In this document: positions 41,166 to 55,108 of the stretch, in pieces | Position numbering within the stretch: the first letter of the stretch is position 1 | Layout of the letters: each line of letters begins with the position of its first letter | From: Chrysomallon squamiferum | Taxonomy: Eukaryota; Animalia; Mollusca | DNA: 64,000 nt | Direction: 5' to 3' | Assembly (NCBI GenBank): GCA_012295275.1 | Contig: CM022668.1 | Span: 14,570,001 to 14,634,000 of the forward strand | The notes under the pieces: model-generated | Database searches by the model: none | Seen by the model: the letters and a program-made list of their open reading frames with translations, nothing else | Told to the model about the DNA's origin: nothing | Made by a program: the position numbers and the translations under genes

Positions 41166-42239
41166 GTGAGTAGTATTAGCAGTTCTATACGTTGTAATCG
41201 AATAGTAAGTAGTAATAGCAATTGTATAGAGAGTAGCAATAGTAGTTGTAGAGAGGGTAGTAATAGCAGTTATACAGAGATTAGTAATTATTGATGTATT
41301 TTTCATGCTGACAGAGTTCGTTTCTATTTAATTAAAATACTGATTCATGCTTCAAAGAAAGAGCAGTTTGTTTGTTTTTTGTTGTTGTTTTTTTGCGTAT
41401 ATTTAATCTATGTTCTATTTTATGTGCACTGTATGTAGTTTGTAGCAGTCTATATGTGCATGTGTATCTCCTGCATCTGAAGTTGATATAACATACAACA
41501 ATTCGTCCGCTCTATCATAAAACAGCAAATAGAAATTAACAGACTAATTAGATTACGTACAAAACTAGTCTGTCACGTCGAGAAGTAAAACATGATAATT
41601 AATAAACCAATTAACCCATAGGACACTAAATCTAAGGTAAATTGCTATTTTCGGAGCAATACATATACTTTTTAACGGTCAAAGCTATGTTACGAGTGAC
41701 ATTATCTCTAAAGACGACTTGGTTGAAGCTTAGGGTCGACTAAGGGCAGGCAACCATGTAGTTTTTTACTTACATTTATTTGTTTATTCATTCTTTCATA
41801 TACTTGTATATTTTGTTTTACATGTTCAATGTTAATACTATGTAAAGTCAAATGCTTGATGCGCTTCACTGAAATTAATTTATCGGAATCCTCCTTGATA
41901 CGACAGATGCTATGGATATACAGATCTAATACAACCATCATAAAATAGCATGTTTATTACATCATTACTTTAGTTTAAAACCTGTGATGTACACACGAAT
42001 TCAAAGTATTAATATCTGTTATGTCACACTCTGTTTGCTCGTTGTAATTTATTTATGTATGATATGTGATCAGATAGTTAATAAAACTGTTAACCAGTAA
42101 ACGAAAGTGAGTCATCATAAGTACCTATTTTCGTGGAAATACGTTTTCCTCAGAAACAGAGCTGTTTTGTCAACATTTATATAAAGCACGAACGAGTACT
42201 GTGTTTTATTTGTCATCAAGCAGTTATCACAAACTAATT

Positions 42240-42439
42240 NNNNNNNNNNNNNNNNNNNNNNNNNNNNNNNNNNNNNNNNNNNNNNNNNNNNNNNNNNNNN
42301 NNNNNNNNNNNNNNNNNNNNNNNNNNNNNNNNNNNNNNNNNNNNNNNNNNNNNNNNNNNNNNNNNNNNNNNNNNNNNNNNNNNNNNNNNNNNNNNNNNNN
42401 NNNNNNNNNNNNNNNNNNNNNNNNNNNNNNNNNNNNNNN
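42240..42439. other. assembly gap (200 N)
   Basis: Run of exactly 200 N, i.e. a nominal-size scaffold gap. Confidence 0.99.
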
Positions 42440-43637
42440 AACAATAATACAAATAAAATATCGGTACTTGTATCATAAAGTGTTGCATTGGTTCACACAG
42501 ATTATAAATAAAGAAAAGGTGCTCCCACAAAGAGGGCGAAATTAAACACGAACGATGTTGCAATTCAAGGGAGAGAATTTAATTTTTTTTTCAATTTTTT
42601 TTTGTCACGAATTCTCATCATTAGCTTTTGTCGTCGCTGGAGTTTGTTTTCTTTTCTTGTTGTCGTTGTTGTTGTTAGTTGTTGCTGCTATTGTTACTGT
42701 TCTGAAAGGTGGTCAAATTTAGTTTTATTTGCTGTCACTTTTTGTCTTTTTATTTTAATGTTTTGTTTCAGAATTTACACACACAAGAATACACACACAC
42801 ACTTTCATCGTGGTGTTGTTAATACTTCATTCTTCGTGATATTTTGTTAACAAGTAGGTATGTTATTATTATTATTATTATTATTATTTAGGTACCGGCA
42901 TGCAATATTTTTCTGACTTTAATTTCACATAATATGCAAAAAGAATGAAAGCACAAAAAAAAAAAATGATGACTCAATCTCCAGCGGTTAAGAAGATATA
43001 TACAAATCGGTGCGACAGGTATTTGGTTGGTTTTCAGCCCAATTTTGAGTAATTAACAGAAAGGGTTACATTGGCCAGCTGTAGTTTGAAAAGTAATTGA
43101 CAAAAAGGGCTGAAAGTCAACAAGAGTGAGGGGACCAACTTGCTAAATGAGCTCATTTTTTTTTCAGACCTGTATGTTTGTGTGTTCACAGTAACATGCT
43201 GAAAATGCCAAAATCTTCAAAATGGCACATGGCAGAATGACTAAAAGTTCAAATAGATACTGTGGTTTCAGTTATTGTCTTATTTGACAAATTCAACCTG
43301 TGTTGTGAACAATTTATCAAGATCTTTCAAATGACATACTTGAATCTAACATTTTTGATAATTTTTTTGTTTTTTCTGACTAGCCCATACAAAAAATTAC
43401 CTTTTGAGTTTATATAGAACAGCACAACTTTATTTACATAAGCAGCTTCAATTTTCACTCTATTAAATAATTGGTAGTAATAAGTTAAGATACTGTGATG
43501 TGTATATATCACATATATATAAATGTTACTTAAAAGGTCTACAAGCATTTGATATTTAACCATAATCCTTTGCAATACATAAACTCATCTAATCCTTGGA
43601 ATCAACTTCAGAAAGTTGTTGCAGGTGTTAATTAGGG

Positions 43638-43675
<38 letters not shown>

Positions 43676-44248
43676 TATTATTATTATTATTATTATGCTA
43701 TTATTATTATAGATGTTCTTGATTGTTTCTACACATATATAATCATGTACTCTTGTTTCTTTATTACAGTAATTTATCTCAATATTTTTTAAGCATAAAT
43801 ATTTATCACTAGGACTTACAAAATAATTAGCATTGATTTACTGATATATAATAAAGATAATCAAAAGTTTATGTTTCTAATTAATTTGCCTTTATATTTT
43901 GTAATATTAGTGTGCATCAGTCAGATATTCTATACTGTATGTATTGATATATATAACTTTAAATCATCAACATTTCTGACCTTAACTTGCTTTGTCTGTT
44001 TCTGTTTCTGTTGTATGTCTTTATCACGAGTGGCTTTTACTTCGGTGATATTATGTTGGTCTTTAAGCATATTAAGGAACAAATGCTATTCCTGTTAATA
44101 AGAAAGTTTAGAGAAAATATCATTTGCTGAAGACTGAAAAAGAGTAACCCCAGTGTAAAACAGTTATATCTTTCACTTGTTTTTATCCGTTTGATCTTTT
44201 GCTGTATGTATGATTCTACAAAACTGTACATTATAAATCATAATTAAA

Positions 44249-44253
<5 letters not shown>

Positions 44254-44325
<72 letters not shown>
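44254..44325. repeat. (CT)n microsatellite
   Basis: Directly visible. Confidence 0.95.
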
Positions 44326-44327
<2 letters not shown>

Positions 44328-44776
44328 CCCACCACCCCTCGCCCTCATACTTGCATAGAGACGCACACACACATATTAAGAACTGAGTGGTGTGTTATTA
44401 TATAGGTCGACAATCCTTTACAGGAACTGTTTATGGAATATAATGAAATAGACTGAAAACAGGATCTTAGTCTAAATAGGAATTCCATTTATATTTCAGA
44501 TACAGCTTATTTATCAAATAATATTTTTCATAATTTTGTTCATAAAATAAAATATTCGTTTCATCTTTATCTCTTTCTTCCCGTTAGTAATGTGTCCTCA
44601 GTTCTTTCAGAATTTTTTTCATGTTATATTAGTTTTTGCAATACAAGCAATGATTTTTTAATTTTTCCGTAGGAGACATTTCTTTTATATTTTAACTATA
44701 TTTAATGCATCTAACAATGGCTAAGGTTATGACATCAATGTACAGCCAATTTCACATGACTATTCGGGAACTACAA

Positions 44777-44777
<1 letters not shown>

Positions 44778-44831
<54 letters not shown>

Positions 44832-44897
44832 GCTACTACTACTGCAGCTGCTGCTGCTGCTACTACTACTACTACTACTACTACTAGTACTACTACT
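44778..44897. repeat. (TAC)n/(TGC)n microsatellite
   Basis: Directly visible. Confidence 0.95.
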
Positions 44898-45276
44898 AAT
44901 AAAATAGCTGTACTTATATCCAAAATGCTGCATTGCTCCACACAAGACAGTAAATAATAATAAAAAAGATGCTCCGACTAAGAGGGCGAAATTGAAAGCT
45001 TACAAAATTAAAATTCAAGAGAGATAACTTAATTCTTCATTTGTATTTTGTTTTGTCACGAATTCTCGTCGTGAGCGTGTTAATGTATACACTCTTTTAT
45101 TTTATTTTATTCTATTGTATTCACAGTATTGTATTTTTATTTATTTATTTATGTGTTTTGTTCTTGTTGGTTGTTATTACTTTATTCTTGGCCTGCTGTT
45201 CTGGCGCTTAATGTAGTTTTATGTTTTTATTTTAATCTTTTGTTTCTGAATTTATATACAACCCCCCCATACTCAT

Positions 45277-45316
<40 letters not shown>

Positions 45317-45399
45317 GCTTTGATCATGGATAATATTTAATAATTAATGATATTTATTTAATTAGTAAGTATATTATTATTATTATATAATTATAATTA

Positions 45400-47958
45400 T
45401 TATTATTATTCTTTATGTTGTTGTTGTTTCTTTCTGCACACACACATAATATATATTATATAATAATGTAATCTTCTTTCTTTATTACAGTAATCTGTCT
45501 CACTATTTATGTAGATTAATATTTACACAATAATTAGCATTGATTCATTGATTTATAGTTCAGATAATCAAAAGCTTATGTTTCTTATTCATTAATTTAA
45601 AAAAGTTTTAACGTTAATGTGCATCTGTAATATATGCTGTGCTCTATGTATCGAGATGTATAACTTTTCAAATGATAAACATTTCTCACCTCCACTGTCA
45701 ATGTTTATGTCTTTCTGTCTCATTCAGTTTAATTTTGATATTTTTTCAGGAGTGGCTTTTGTTTCACTGATGTTATGTTGGTCTATAAACACTTCAAGCA
45801 ACAAATGTTCTTACTGTTAATGAAAAACTGGAGAGAAAAGTTCCTTAGCTGAAGACTGAAAAAGAGTAAATCATGGGAGGTAATCTAAGTTTGTTATTTT
45901 CATTCTCCCTAAACCTCATCAAGTTAGTTTTGTTTTCTTCACTGGAGTTTGATTAGTTTTGTTGTTGTTGCTGCTGCTAGTGTAGTTGTTGTTGCTGTTG
46001 TTACGACTGTGATATTTAGTTGGAGTATTTTTATTATTATTATGTTATTATTATTGTTGTTTTTTGTTTCTGTCTACACATATATAGAGTAATGCATTCT
46101 TGTTTCTTATTACAAAAACTTGTCTCTGTTTATCTGAATACATATTTTCCACTAGGACTTACAGAATAATTAGCATTGATTTACTGATTTAGGTGTATAA
46201 TAGAGATAACCAAATGTTTATGTTTCTGATTCATTTACCTTTATATTTTGTAATATTAATGTGCATTAGTTAGATATGCTATACCAGATATACTGACTTA
46301 TATAACTTTTCAAATGATAAACGTTTCTCACATGCACTGTCAATCTTTATGTCTTTCTGTCTCATTCAGTTTAATTTTGATAGTTTTTCAGGAGTGGCTT
46401 TTGTTTCACTGATGTTATGTTGGTCTCTAAAGAATTTAAGAGACAAATATTCTTTCTGTTAATGAAAAACTGGAGAGAGAAGATCATTTGCTGAAGACTG
46501 AAATAGAGTAACCACACTGTAAGACTGTTATATTTTTCACTAATTGTCAGTTTGATGTTTTTACTATATGTATGATACTATAAAACCACATATTATGAAT
46601 AATAATTAGATTAATGTATCTTTCTGTCTCTGTTTATTTAGATATATAGATAGACATATAAGATATATTAATGATTTCCCTGTTTATGTGTTTCTTTCTT
46701 TTCCCTGTTTCCATCAATTATCTTGTTTTAAATATTAAAATATTTCAGCATGTTCAATAAGGGCTAATTTTGTTTTCTTTCATAAATGATACCAAAACAA
46801 AAAATGGTTAATTATACATTAAACAGACACAAATATTCACTGCAGTTATCAGACATTACTTAATGACAACAAATAATAATAATAATAAGAATAAAAATAA
46901 AAATAATAATAAATGTGCTCAATCTGTGAGGGTGAAATTAATTGCCTATGATAGTGTAATTCATGGAAGGTAATCTAAGTACTTATTTCATTCTCCCTAA
47001 TCCTCATCAAGTTAGTTTTGTTTTATTTCCTGGAATTTGATTAGTTTTGTTGTTGTTGCTGCTGCTAGTGTAGTTGTTGTTGCTGTTGTTACGATTGTGA
47101 TATTTAGTGGAGGTATTTTTATTATTATTATGCTATTATTATTGTTTTTTGTTTCTGTCTACACACATTTATAGTAATGTATTCTTGTTTATTATTACAA
47201 AAACTTCTCACTGTTTATGTGCATACATATTTGCCATTAGGACTTACAGAATAATTAATGTTGATTTACTGAATTAGGTGTATACTACAGATAACCAAAA
47301 GTTTATGTTTCTGATTCATTTACCTTTATATTTTGTAATATTAATGTGCATTAGTTGGATATGCTATACCAGGTGTACTGACTTATAAAATGTTTCAAAT
47401 GATAAAATCATAAACATGTCTCACCTCCACTGTAAATCTCTGTGTCTTTCTCTCTCATTCAGTTTAATTTTGATACTTTTTCAGGAGTGACTTTTCTTTC
47501 ACTGATGTTATGTTGGTCTACAAACACTTTAAGAAAGAAATATTCTTTGTGTTAATGAAAAGCTGCAGAGAGAAGATCTTTTGCTGAAGATTGAAATAGA
47601 GTAACCACACTGTAAGACAGTTACATTTTTCACTAATTGTCAGTTTGATATTTTTACTATATGTATGATTCTATAAAACCACATATTATGAGTCATAATC
47701 AGGTTAATGTCTCTCTCTGTCTCTGTTTATATAGATACATAGATAAGATATATGGATGATTTCCCTGTTTATGTGTTTCTTTCTTGCCCCTGTTTCCATC
47801 AATTATCGTGTTTTTAATATTAAAAAAATTCAGCAGTTTCAATAAGGACTAAATTTGTTTTCTTTCATAATTCATACTGAAACAAAAAATGGTTAATTAT
47901 ACATTAAACAGAAACAAATATTCACTGCACATATCACACATTACTTGATTACAACAAA

Positions 47959-48018
<60 letters not shown>

Positions 48019-51000
48019 AGAAATATCAATAGTAATATGAATGAAATAATAAATGTGCTCCAAAAGTAATGGCTTGTGATAGTGTAATTCATAGGAGTTA
48101 ATCAAATACGTTGTTTCCATTCTCCATAATCCTCATCATGTTAGTTTTGTTTTCTTCATTGGAGTTTGATTAGTTTTGTAGTTGTTGCTGTTGTTACAAT
48201 TGTCATATTTAGTGGGAATATTATTATTATGATTATTTTTTTTTTTGTCTACACACAGATGTATAGTAATGTATTCTTGTTCATTGTTACAAAAACTTGT
48301 CTCACTGTGTATCTGGCATACATTTTTTATTCCGCTAGGTCTTACAAAATAATTAGCATTGCTTTGCGGATTTAGGCCTATAATACAGATAACCAAAAGT
48401 TTATGTTTCTGATTCATTTACCTTTATATTTTATAATATTTATGTGCATTAGTTAGATATGCTATACCAGATGTACTGACTTGTATAACTTTTCAAATGA
48501 TTAAAATTTCTCACCTCCATTGTCAATGTTTATGTCTTTCTGTCTCATTCAGTTTAATTTTGATCTTTTTTGCAGGAGTGGCTTTTCTTTCACTGATGTT
48601 GTGTTGGTCTATAAACACTTTAAGAAACATTTATTCTTTCCGTTAATGAAAAACTAGAGAGAAACAATCCTTTGTTGAAGACTGAAATAGAGTAACCACA
48701 CTGTAAGAGACTTATATTTATCACTAATCATTGCCAATTTGATGTTTATATTATATTTATGATTCTGCAAGACCATCTATTATACATCATAATTAGAATA
48801 AAATCTATTTCTGTCTCTGTATATTTAGATATATAGATAGCCAGATAGATATAGGAATGATCTCCCTCTTTATGTGTTTGTTTCTTTCCCCTGTTTCCAT
48901 CAATTATCTTGTTTTAAATATTAAAAATATTTCAACAGTTTTAATAAGAACTAATTTTGTTTTCTTTCATAAATGATACTAAATAAAAACTGGTTAATTA
49001 TACATTAAACAGACACAAATATACACTGCAGTTACCAGACATTACTTAATGACAAGAAGTAATAATAATAATAAGAATAATAATCAGAATAATAATAACA
49101 GTAATAGTAGTAAGAATAAAAAATAATAATAATAAATATTCTCCAACTGGCAGGGTGAAATTAATCACCTACGATATTGTAATTCATGGGAGGTAATCTA
49201 AGTTGTTATTTTCATTCTACTTAATCCTCATGAAATGAGTTTTGTTTTCTTCGCTCGAGTTTGATTAGTTTTGCTGTTGCTGCTGCTGCTAGTGTAGCTG
49301 TTGCTATTGTTAACGATTGTGATATTTAGCAGGAGTATTTTTATTTTTATTATGCTATTATTATTGTTGTTTTTTGTTTCTGTTTACACACATATATAGA
49401 AATATATTCTTGGTTGTTATTACAAAAATGTGTGTTACTGTTTGGACACATATTTGCCACTAGGACTTACAAAATAATAGAGCTAAACAAAACTTTATTT
49501 TTCTGATTCATTTACCTTTATATTTTATGATATTAATGTGCATGGGTTAGATATGATATACCAGCTACTTAACTTTTCAGACGATAAATATTTCTCACCT
49601 CCACTGTTAATCTTTAAGTCTTTCTTTTGCAGTCAGTCTAATTTTGATCTTTTTCCAGGAGTGGCTTTTGTTTCACTGATCTTATGTTGGTGTGTGAACA
49701 CTTTAAGAAACAGATATTCTTTCTGTTTATGAAAAACTGCAGACAAAAGATTCTTTGCTGAAGACTATAATAGAGTAACCACAGTGTAAGACTGTTATAT
49801 GTTTCACAAATCATTGTCAGTTTGATCTTTTTACTATATATATGATTCTACAAAACCATACATTATACATCATAATAAGATTAAAATCTCTTTCTGTCTC
49901 TGTATATATAGATAGCCAGACAGATATATAGATGATCTCCCTCTTTATGTGTTTCTTTGTTTCCCCTCTTTCCATCAGTTATCTTGTTTTAAGTATTAAG
50001 AATATTTCAGCAATTTCAAATAAGGACTAATTTTGTTTTCATTGATAAATGATAGCGAAACAAAAACTGGTTAATTATACATTAAAGAGACCCAAATATT
50101 CACTGCAGTTATCAAATATTACTTGATTTTTAACAATAAATAAAGATATTAATAACAATGAAAATAATAATAATAATAATGATAATAGTAAATGCTCTCC
50201 AACTGGGAGGGTGGAATTAATTTCCTAGGGTTGTTTAATTCATGGGAGGCAATTTGAGTTTGTTACTTTCATTCTCCATAACGCTCATGAAGTTAGTTTT
50301 TTTTCATTGCTGGTGTTTGATTAGTTTTGTTGTTGTTGCTGTTGTTACATTTGTGATATTTAGTGGGAATATTATTATTATTATACTATTATTATTATTG
50401 GTTTCATTTCAGTGTACACACACATATTCAGTAATGCATTCTTGTTTCTTATTACAAAAGTCTGTCTGACTATGTATCTGGAATACATTTCTTTACCAGT
50501 AGGACTTACAAAATAATTAGCATTGATTTGTAGATTTATGCCTCTAATACAGATAACCAAACGTTTATGTTTCTGATTCATTTACTTTTATTCTTTGTAA
50601 TATTAATGTGCATGAATTATGTATGCCATACCAGGTGTACTGAGTTATATAACCTTTCAAATGATTAACATTTCTCACCTCCACTGTCAATCTTTCTGTC
50701 TTTCTGTCTCATTCAGTTTAATTTTGATCTTTTTTCCAGGAGTGGCTTTTGGTTCACTGATGTTATGTTGGTCTACAAACACTTCAAGCAATAAATATTC
50801 TTTCTGTTAATGAATAAATTGAGAGAGAAAATCCTTTACTGAAGACTGAAATAGACTAAGCTCACTGTAAGACACTTACATTTTTCACTAATCATTGTCA
50901 GTTTATATTATATATATGATTCTGCAAAACCATACATTATCCATCACAATTAGATTAAAATCTATTTCTGTCTCTGCATATATAGATATATAGATAGCCA

Positions 51001-53370
51001 GATTGTTATATGGATGATCTTCCTCTTGATGTGTTTCTTTCTGTTCCCTGTTTCCATCAATTATCTTGTTTTAAACATTAAAAATATTTCAGCAGTTTCA
51101 CTAAGGACTAATTTTGTTTTCATTCATAAATGATACCGAAACAAAAAATGGTTAATTGTGCATTAAACAGACCCAAATATTCACTGCAGTTATGAGACAT
51201 TACTTAATTTCAACAAATAACAATAATAATAATAATCATAATAATAATAATAATAATTAATAATAATAATAAAAATTATAATAATAAATGTGCTCCAACT
51301 GTGAGGTCGAAATTAATCGCCTATGATAGTGTAATTCATGAGAAGTAATCTAAGTTGTTATTTCATTCTCTATAATCCTCATCAAGTTAGTTTTGTTTTC
51401 TTCACTGGAGTTTGGTTAGTTTTGTTGTTGTTGGTGTTATGATTGTGATATTCAGTGGGAGTATTTTTATTATTAGTATGCTATTATTATTGTTGTTTTT
51501 TGTTTTTGTCTACACACATACATAGTGATGAATTCTTGTTTCTTATTACAAAAACTTCTCACTGTTTATCTGCATACATATTTGTCACTAGGACTTACAA
51601 AATAATTAGCATTGTTTTATTGATTTTGGTGTTTAATACAGATAACCAAAAGTTTATGTTTCTGATTGATTTACCTTTATATTTTGTAATATTAATGTGC
51701 CTGAGTTAGATATGCTATACCAGTTATATAACTTTTCAAATGATAAACATTTCTCTACTCCACTGTCAATGTTTATGTCTTTCTGTCTCATTCAGTTTAA
51801 TTTTGATCTTTTTCCAGGAGTGGCTTTTGTTTCACTGATCTGATATTGGTGTGTGAACACTTTAAGAAACAGATATGCTTTCTGTTTATGAAAAACTGCA
51901 GACAAAAGATTCTTTGCTGAAGACTATAATAGAGGAACCACAGTGTAAGACTGTTATATGTTTCACAAATCATTGTGAGTTTGATCTTTTTACTATATAT
52001 ATGATTCTACAAAACCATACATTATACATCATAATAAGATTAAAATCTCTTTCTCTCTGTATATATAGATAGCCAGACAGATATATACATGATCTCCCTC
52101 TTTATGTGTTTCTTTGTTTCCCCTGTTTCCATCAATTATGTTGTTTTAAGTATTAAAAATATTTCAGCAATTTGAATAAGGACTAATTTTGTTTTCATTG
52201 ATAAATGATACCGAAAGAAAAACTGGTTAATTATACATTAAAGAGACCCAAATATTCACTGCAGTTATCAGACATTACTTGATTTTAACAGTAAATAATG
52301 ATATCAATAAAAATGAAAATAATAATAATAATAATGATAATACTAAATGTTCTCCAACTGGGAGGGTGCAATTAATTTCCTAGGATTGTTTAATTCATGG
52401 GAGGCAATTTGAGTTTGTTATTTTCATTCTCCATAATCCTCATGAAGTTAGTTTTTTTTCATTGCTGGTGTTTGATTAGTTTTGTTGTTGTTGCTGTTGT
52501 TACATTTGTGATATTTAGTGGTAATATTATTATTATTTTACTATTATTATTGTTGGTTTCATTTCTGTGTACACACACATATTCAGTAATGCATTCTTGT
52601 TTCTTATTACAAAAGCCTGTCTCACTATGTATCTGGAATAGATTTCTTTACCACTAGGACTTACAAAATAATTAGCATTGATTTGTAGATTTATGCCTCT
52701 AATACAGATAACCAAACGTTTATGTTTCTGATTCATTTACTTTTATTCTTTGTAATATTAATGTGCATGAATTATGTATGCCATACCAGGTGTACTGAGT
52801 TATATAACCTTTCAAATGATTAACATTTCTCACCTCCACTGTCAATCTTTCTGTCTTTCTGTCTCATTCAGTTTAATTTTGATCTTTTTTCCAGGAGTGG
52901 CTTTTGGTTCACTGATGTTATGTTGGTCTACAAAGACTTTAAGTAATAAATATTCTTTCTGTTAATGAATAAATGGAGAGAAAAGATCCTTTACTGAAGA
53001 CTGAAATAGAGTAAGCTCACTGTAAGACACTTATATTTTACACTAATCATTGTCAGTTTATAATATATATATGATTCTGCAAAACCATACATTATCCATC
53101 ACAATTAGATTACAATCTATTTCTGTCTCTGTATATTTAGATATATAGATAGCCAGATAGTTATATGGATGATCTCCCTCTTGATGTGTTTCTTTCTGTC
53201 CCCTTTTCCCATCAATTATCTTGTTTTAAACATTAAAAATATTTCAGCAGTTTCAATAGGGACTAATTTTGTTTTCATTCATAATTGATACCAAAACAAA
53301 AAATGGTTAATTTTACATTAAACAGACCCAAATATTCACTGCAGTTGCGAGACATTACTTAATTTCAACA

Positions 53371-53440
<70 letters not shown>

Positions 53441-55030
53441 GTTATAATAATAAATGTGCTCCAACTGTGAGGTCGAAATTAATTGCCTACGATAGTGTAA
53501 TTCATGAGAGGTAACTTAAGTTGTTATTTCATTCTCTATAATCCTCATCAAGTTAGTTTTGTTTTCTTCACTGGAGTTTGGTTAGTTTTGTTGTTGTTGC
53601 TGCTGCTAGAGTAGTTTTTGTTGCTGTTTTGATTGTGATATTCAGTGGGAGTATTTTTATTATTATTATGCTATTATTATTATTGTTGTTTTTTGTTTTT
53701 GTCTACACACATACACAGTGATGTATTCTTGTTTCTTATTACAAAAACTTGTCACTGTTTATATGCATACATATTTGCCACTAGGACTTACAAAATAATT
53801 AGCATTATTTTATTGATTTTGGTGTTTAATACAGATAACCAAAAGTTTATGTTTCTGATTGATTTACCTTTGTATTTTGTAATATTAATGTGCCCGAGTT
53901 AGATATGCTATACCAGTTATATAACTTTTCAAATGATAAACATTTCTCTACTCCACTGTCAAACTTTCTGTCTTTCTGTCTCATTCAGTTTAATTTTGAT
54001 CTTTTTCCAGGAGTGGCTTTTGTTTCACTGATCTTATGTTGGTGTGTGAACACTTTAAGAAACAGATATGCTTTCTGTTAATGAAAAAACTGCAGACAAA
54101 AGATTCTTTGCTGAAGACTATAATAGAGGAACCACAGTGTAAGACTGTTATATGTTTCACAAATCATTGTCAGTTTGATCTTTTGACTATATATATGATT
54201 CTACAAAACCATACATTATACATCATAATAAGATTAAAATCTCTTTCTGTCTCTGTATATATAGACAGCCAGACAGATATATACATGATCTCCCTCTTTA
54301 TGTGTTTCTTTGTTTCCCCTGTTTCCATCAATTATGTGGTTTTAAGTATTAAAAATATTTCAGCAATTTCAATAAGGACTAATTTTGTTTTCATTGATAA
54401 ATGATACCGAAAGAAAAACTGGTTAATTATACATTAAAGAGACCCAAATATTCACTGCAGTTATCAGACATTACTTGATTATAACAATAAATAATGATAT
54501 TAATAATAATGAAAATAATAATAATAATAATAAAAATAATAATAATAATGATAATACTAAATGTTCTCCAACTGGGAGGGTACAATTAATTTCCTAGGAT
54601 TGTTTATTTCATGGAAGGCAATTTGAGTTTGTTATTTTCATTCTCCATAATCCTCATGAAGTTAGTTTTTTTTTTTGATTGCTGGTGTTTGATTAGTTTT
54701 GTTGTTGTCGCTGTTGTTACATTTGTGATATTTAGTGGGAATATTATTATTATTATACTATTATTATTTTTCGTTTCATTTCTGTGTACACACACATATT
54801 CAGTAATGTATTCTTGTTTCTTATTACAAAAACTTGTCTCACTATATATCTGGAATACATTTCTTTACCACTAGGACTTACAAAATAATTAGCATTGATT
54901 TGCAGATTTATGCCTATAGTACAGATAACAAAAAATGTATGTTTCTGATTCACTTAGCTTTATATTTTGTAATATTAATGTGCATGAGTTGTATATGCCA
55001 TGCCAGATGTATACTGAGTTTTATAACTTT
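45400..55030 (+). repeat. ~1.06-1.13 kb tandem satellite, about 9 units, with ~2.2 kb dimeric higher-order repeat distally
   Basis: Marker CATGGGAGGTAAT-like at ~45872, 46962, 48090, 49185, 50241, 51337, 52396, 53503, 54610. A diverged partial unit lies at ~43680-44250. Confidence 0.93.
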
Positions 55031-55108
55031 TCTAGACAAATATAAAACCGATCCTTTTGAATATTTATGACAAAGTGAATATTCGGTTCAACTGTCAGTT
55101 CTTTGCTT

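Noticed and set aside
42115-42563. ORFs spanning the N run
   Set aside because: Artefacts of undefined bases.
50242-54953. Recurring ORFs in the 1.1 kb satellite as a gene family
   Set aside because: Low-complexity, with stops and frames differing between units and no recognisable domain; recurrence is explained by the tandem repeat.
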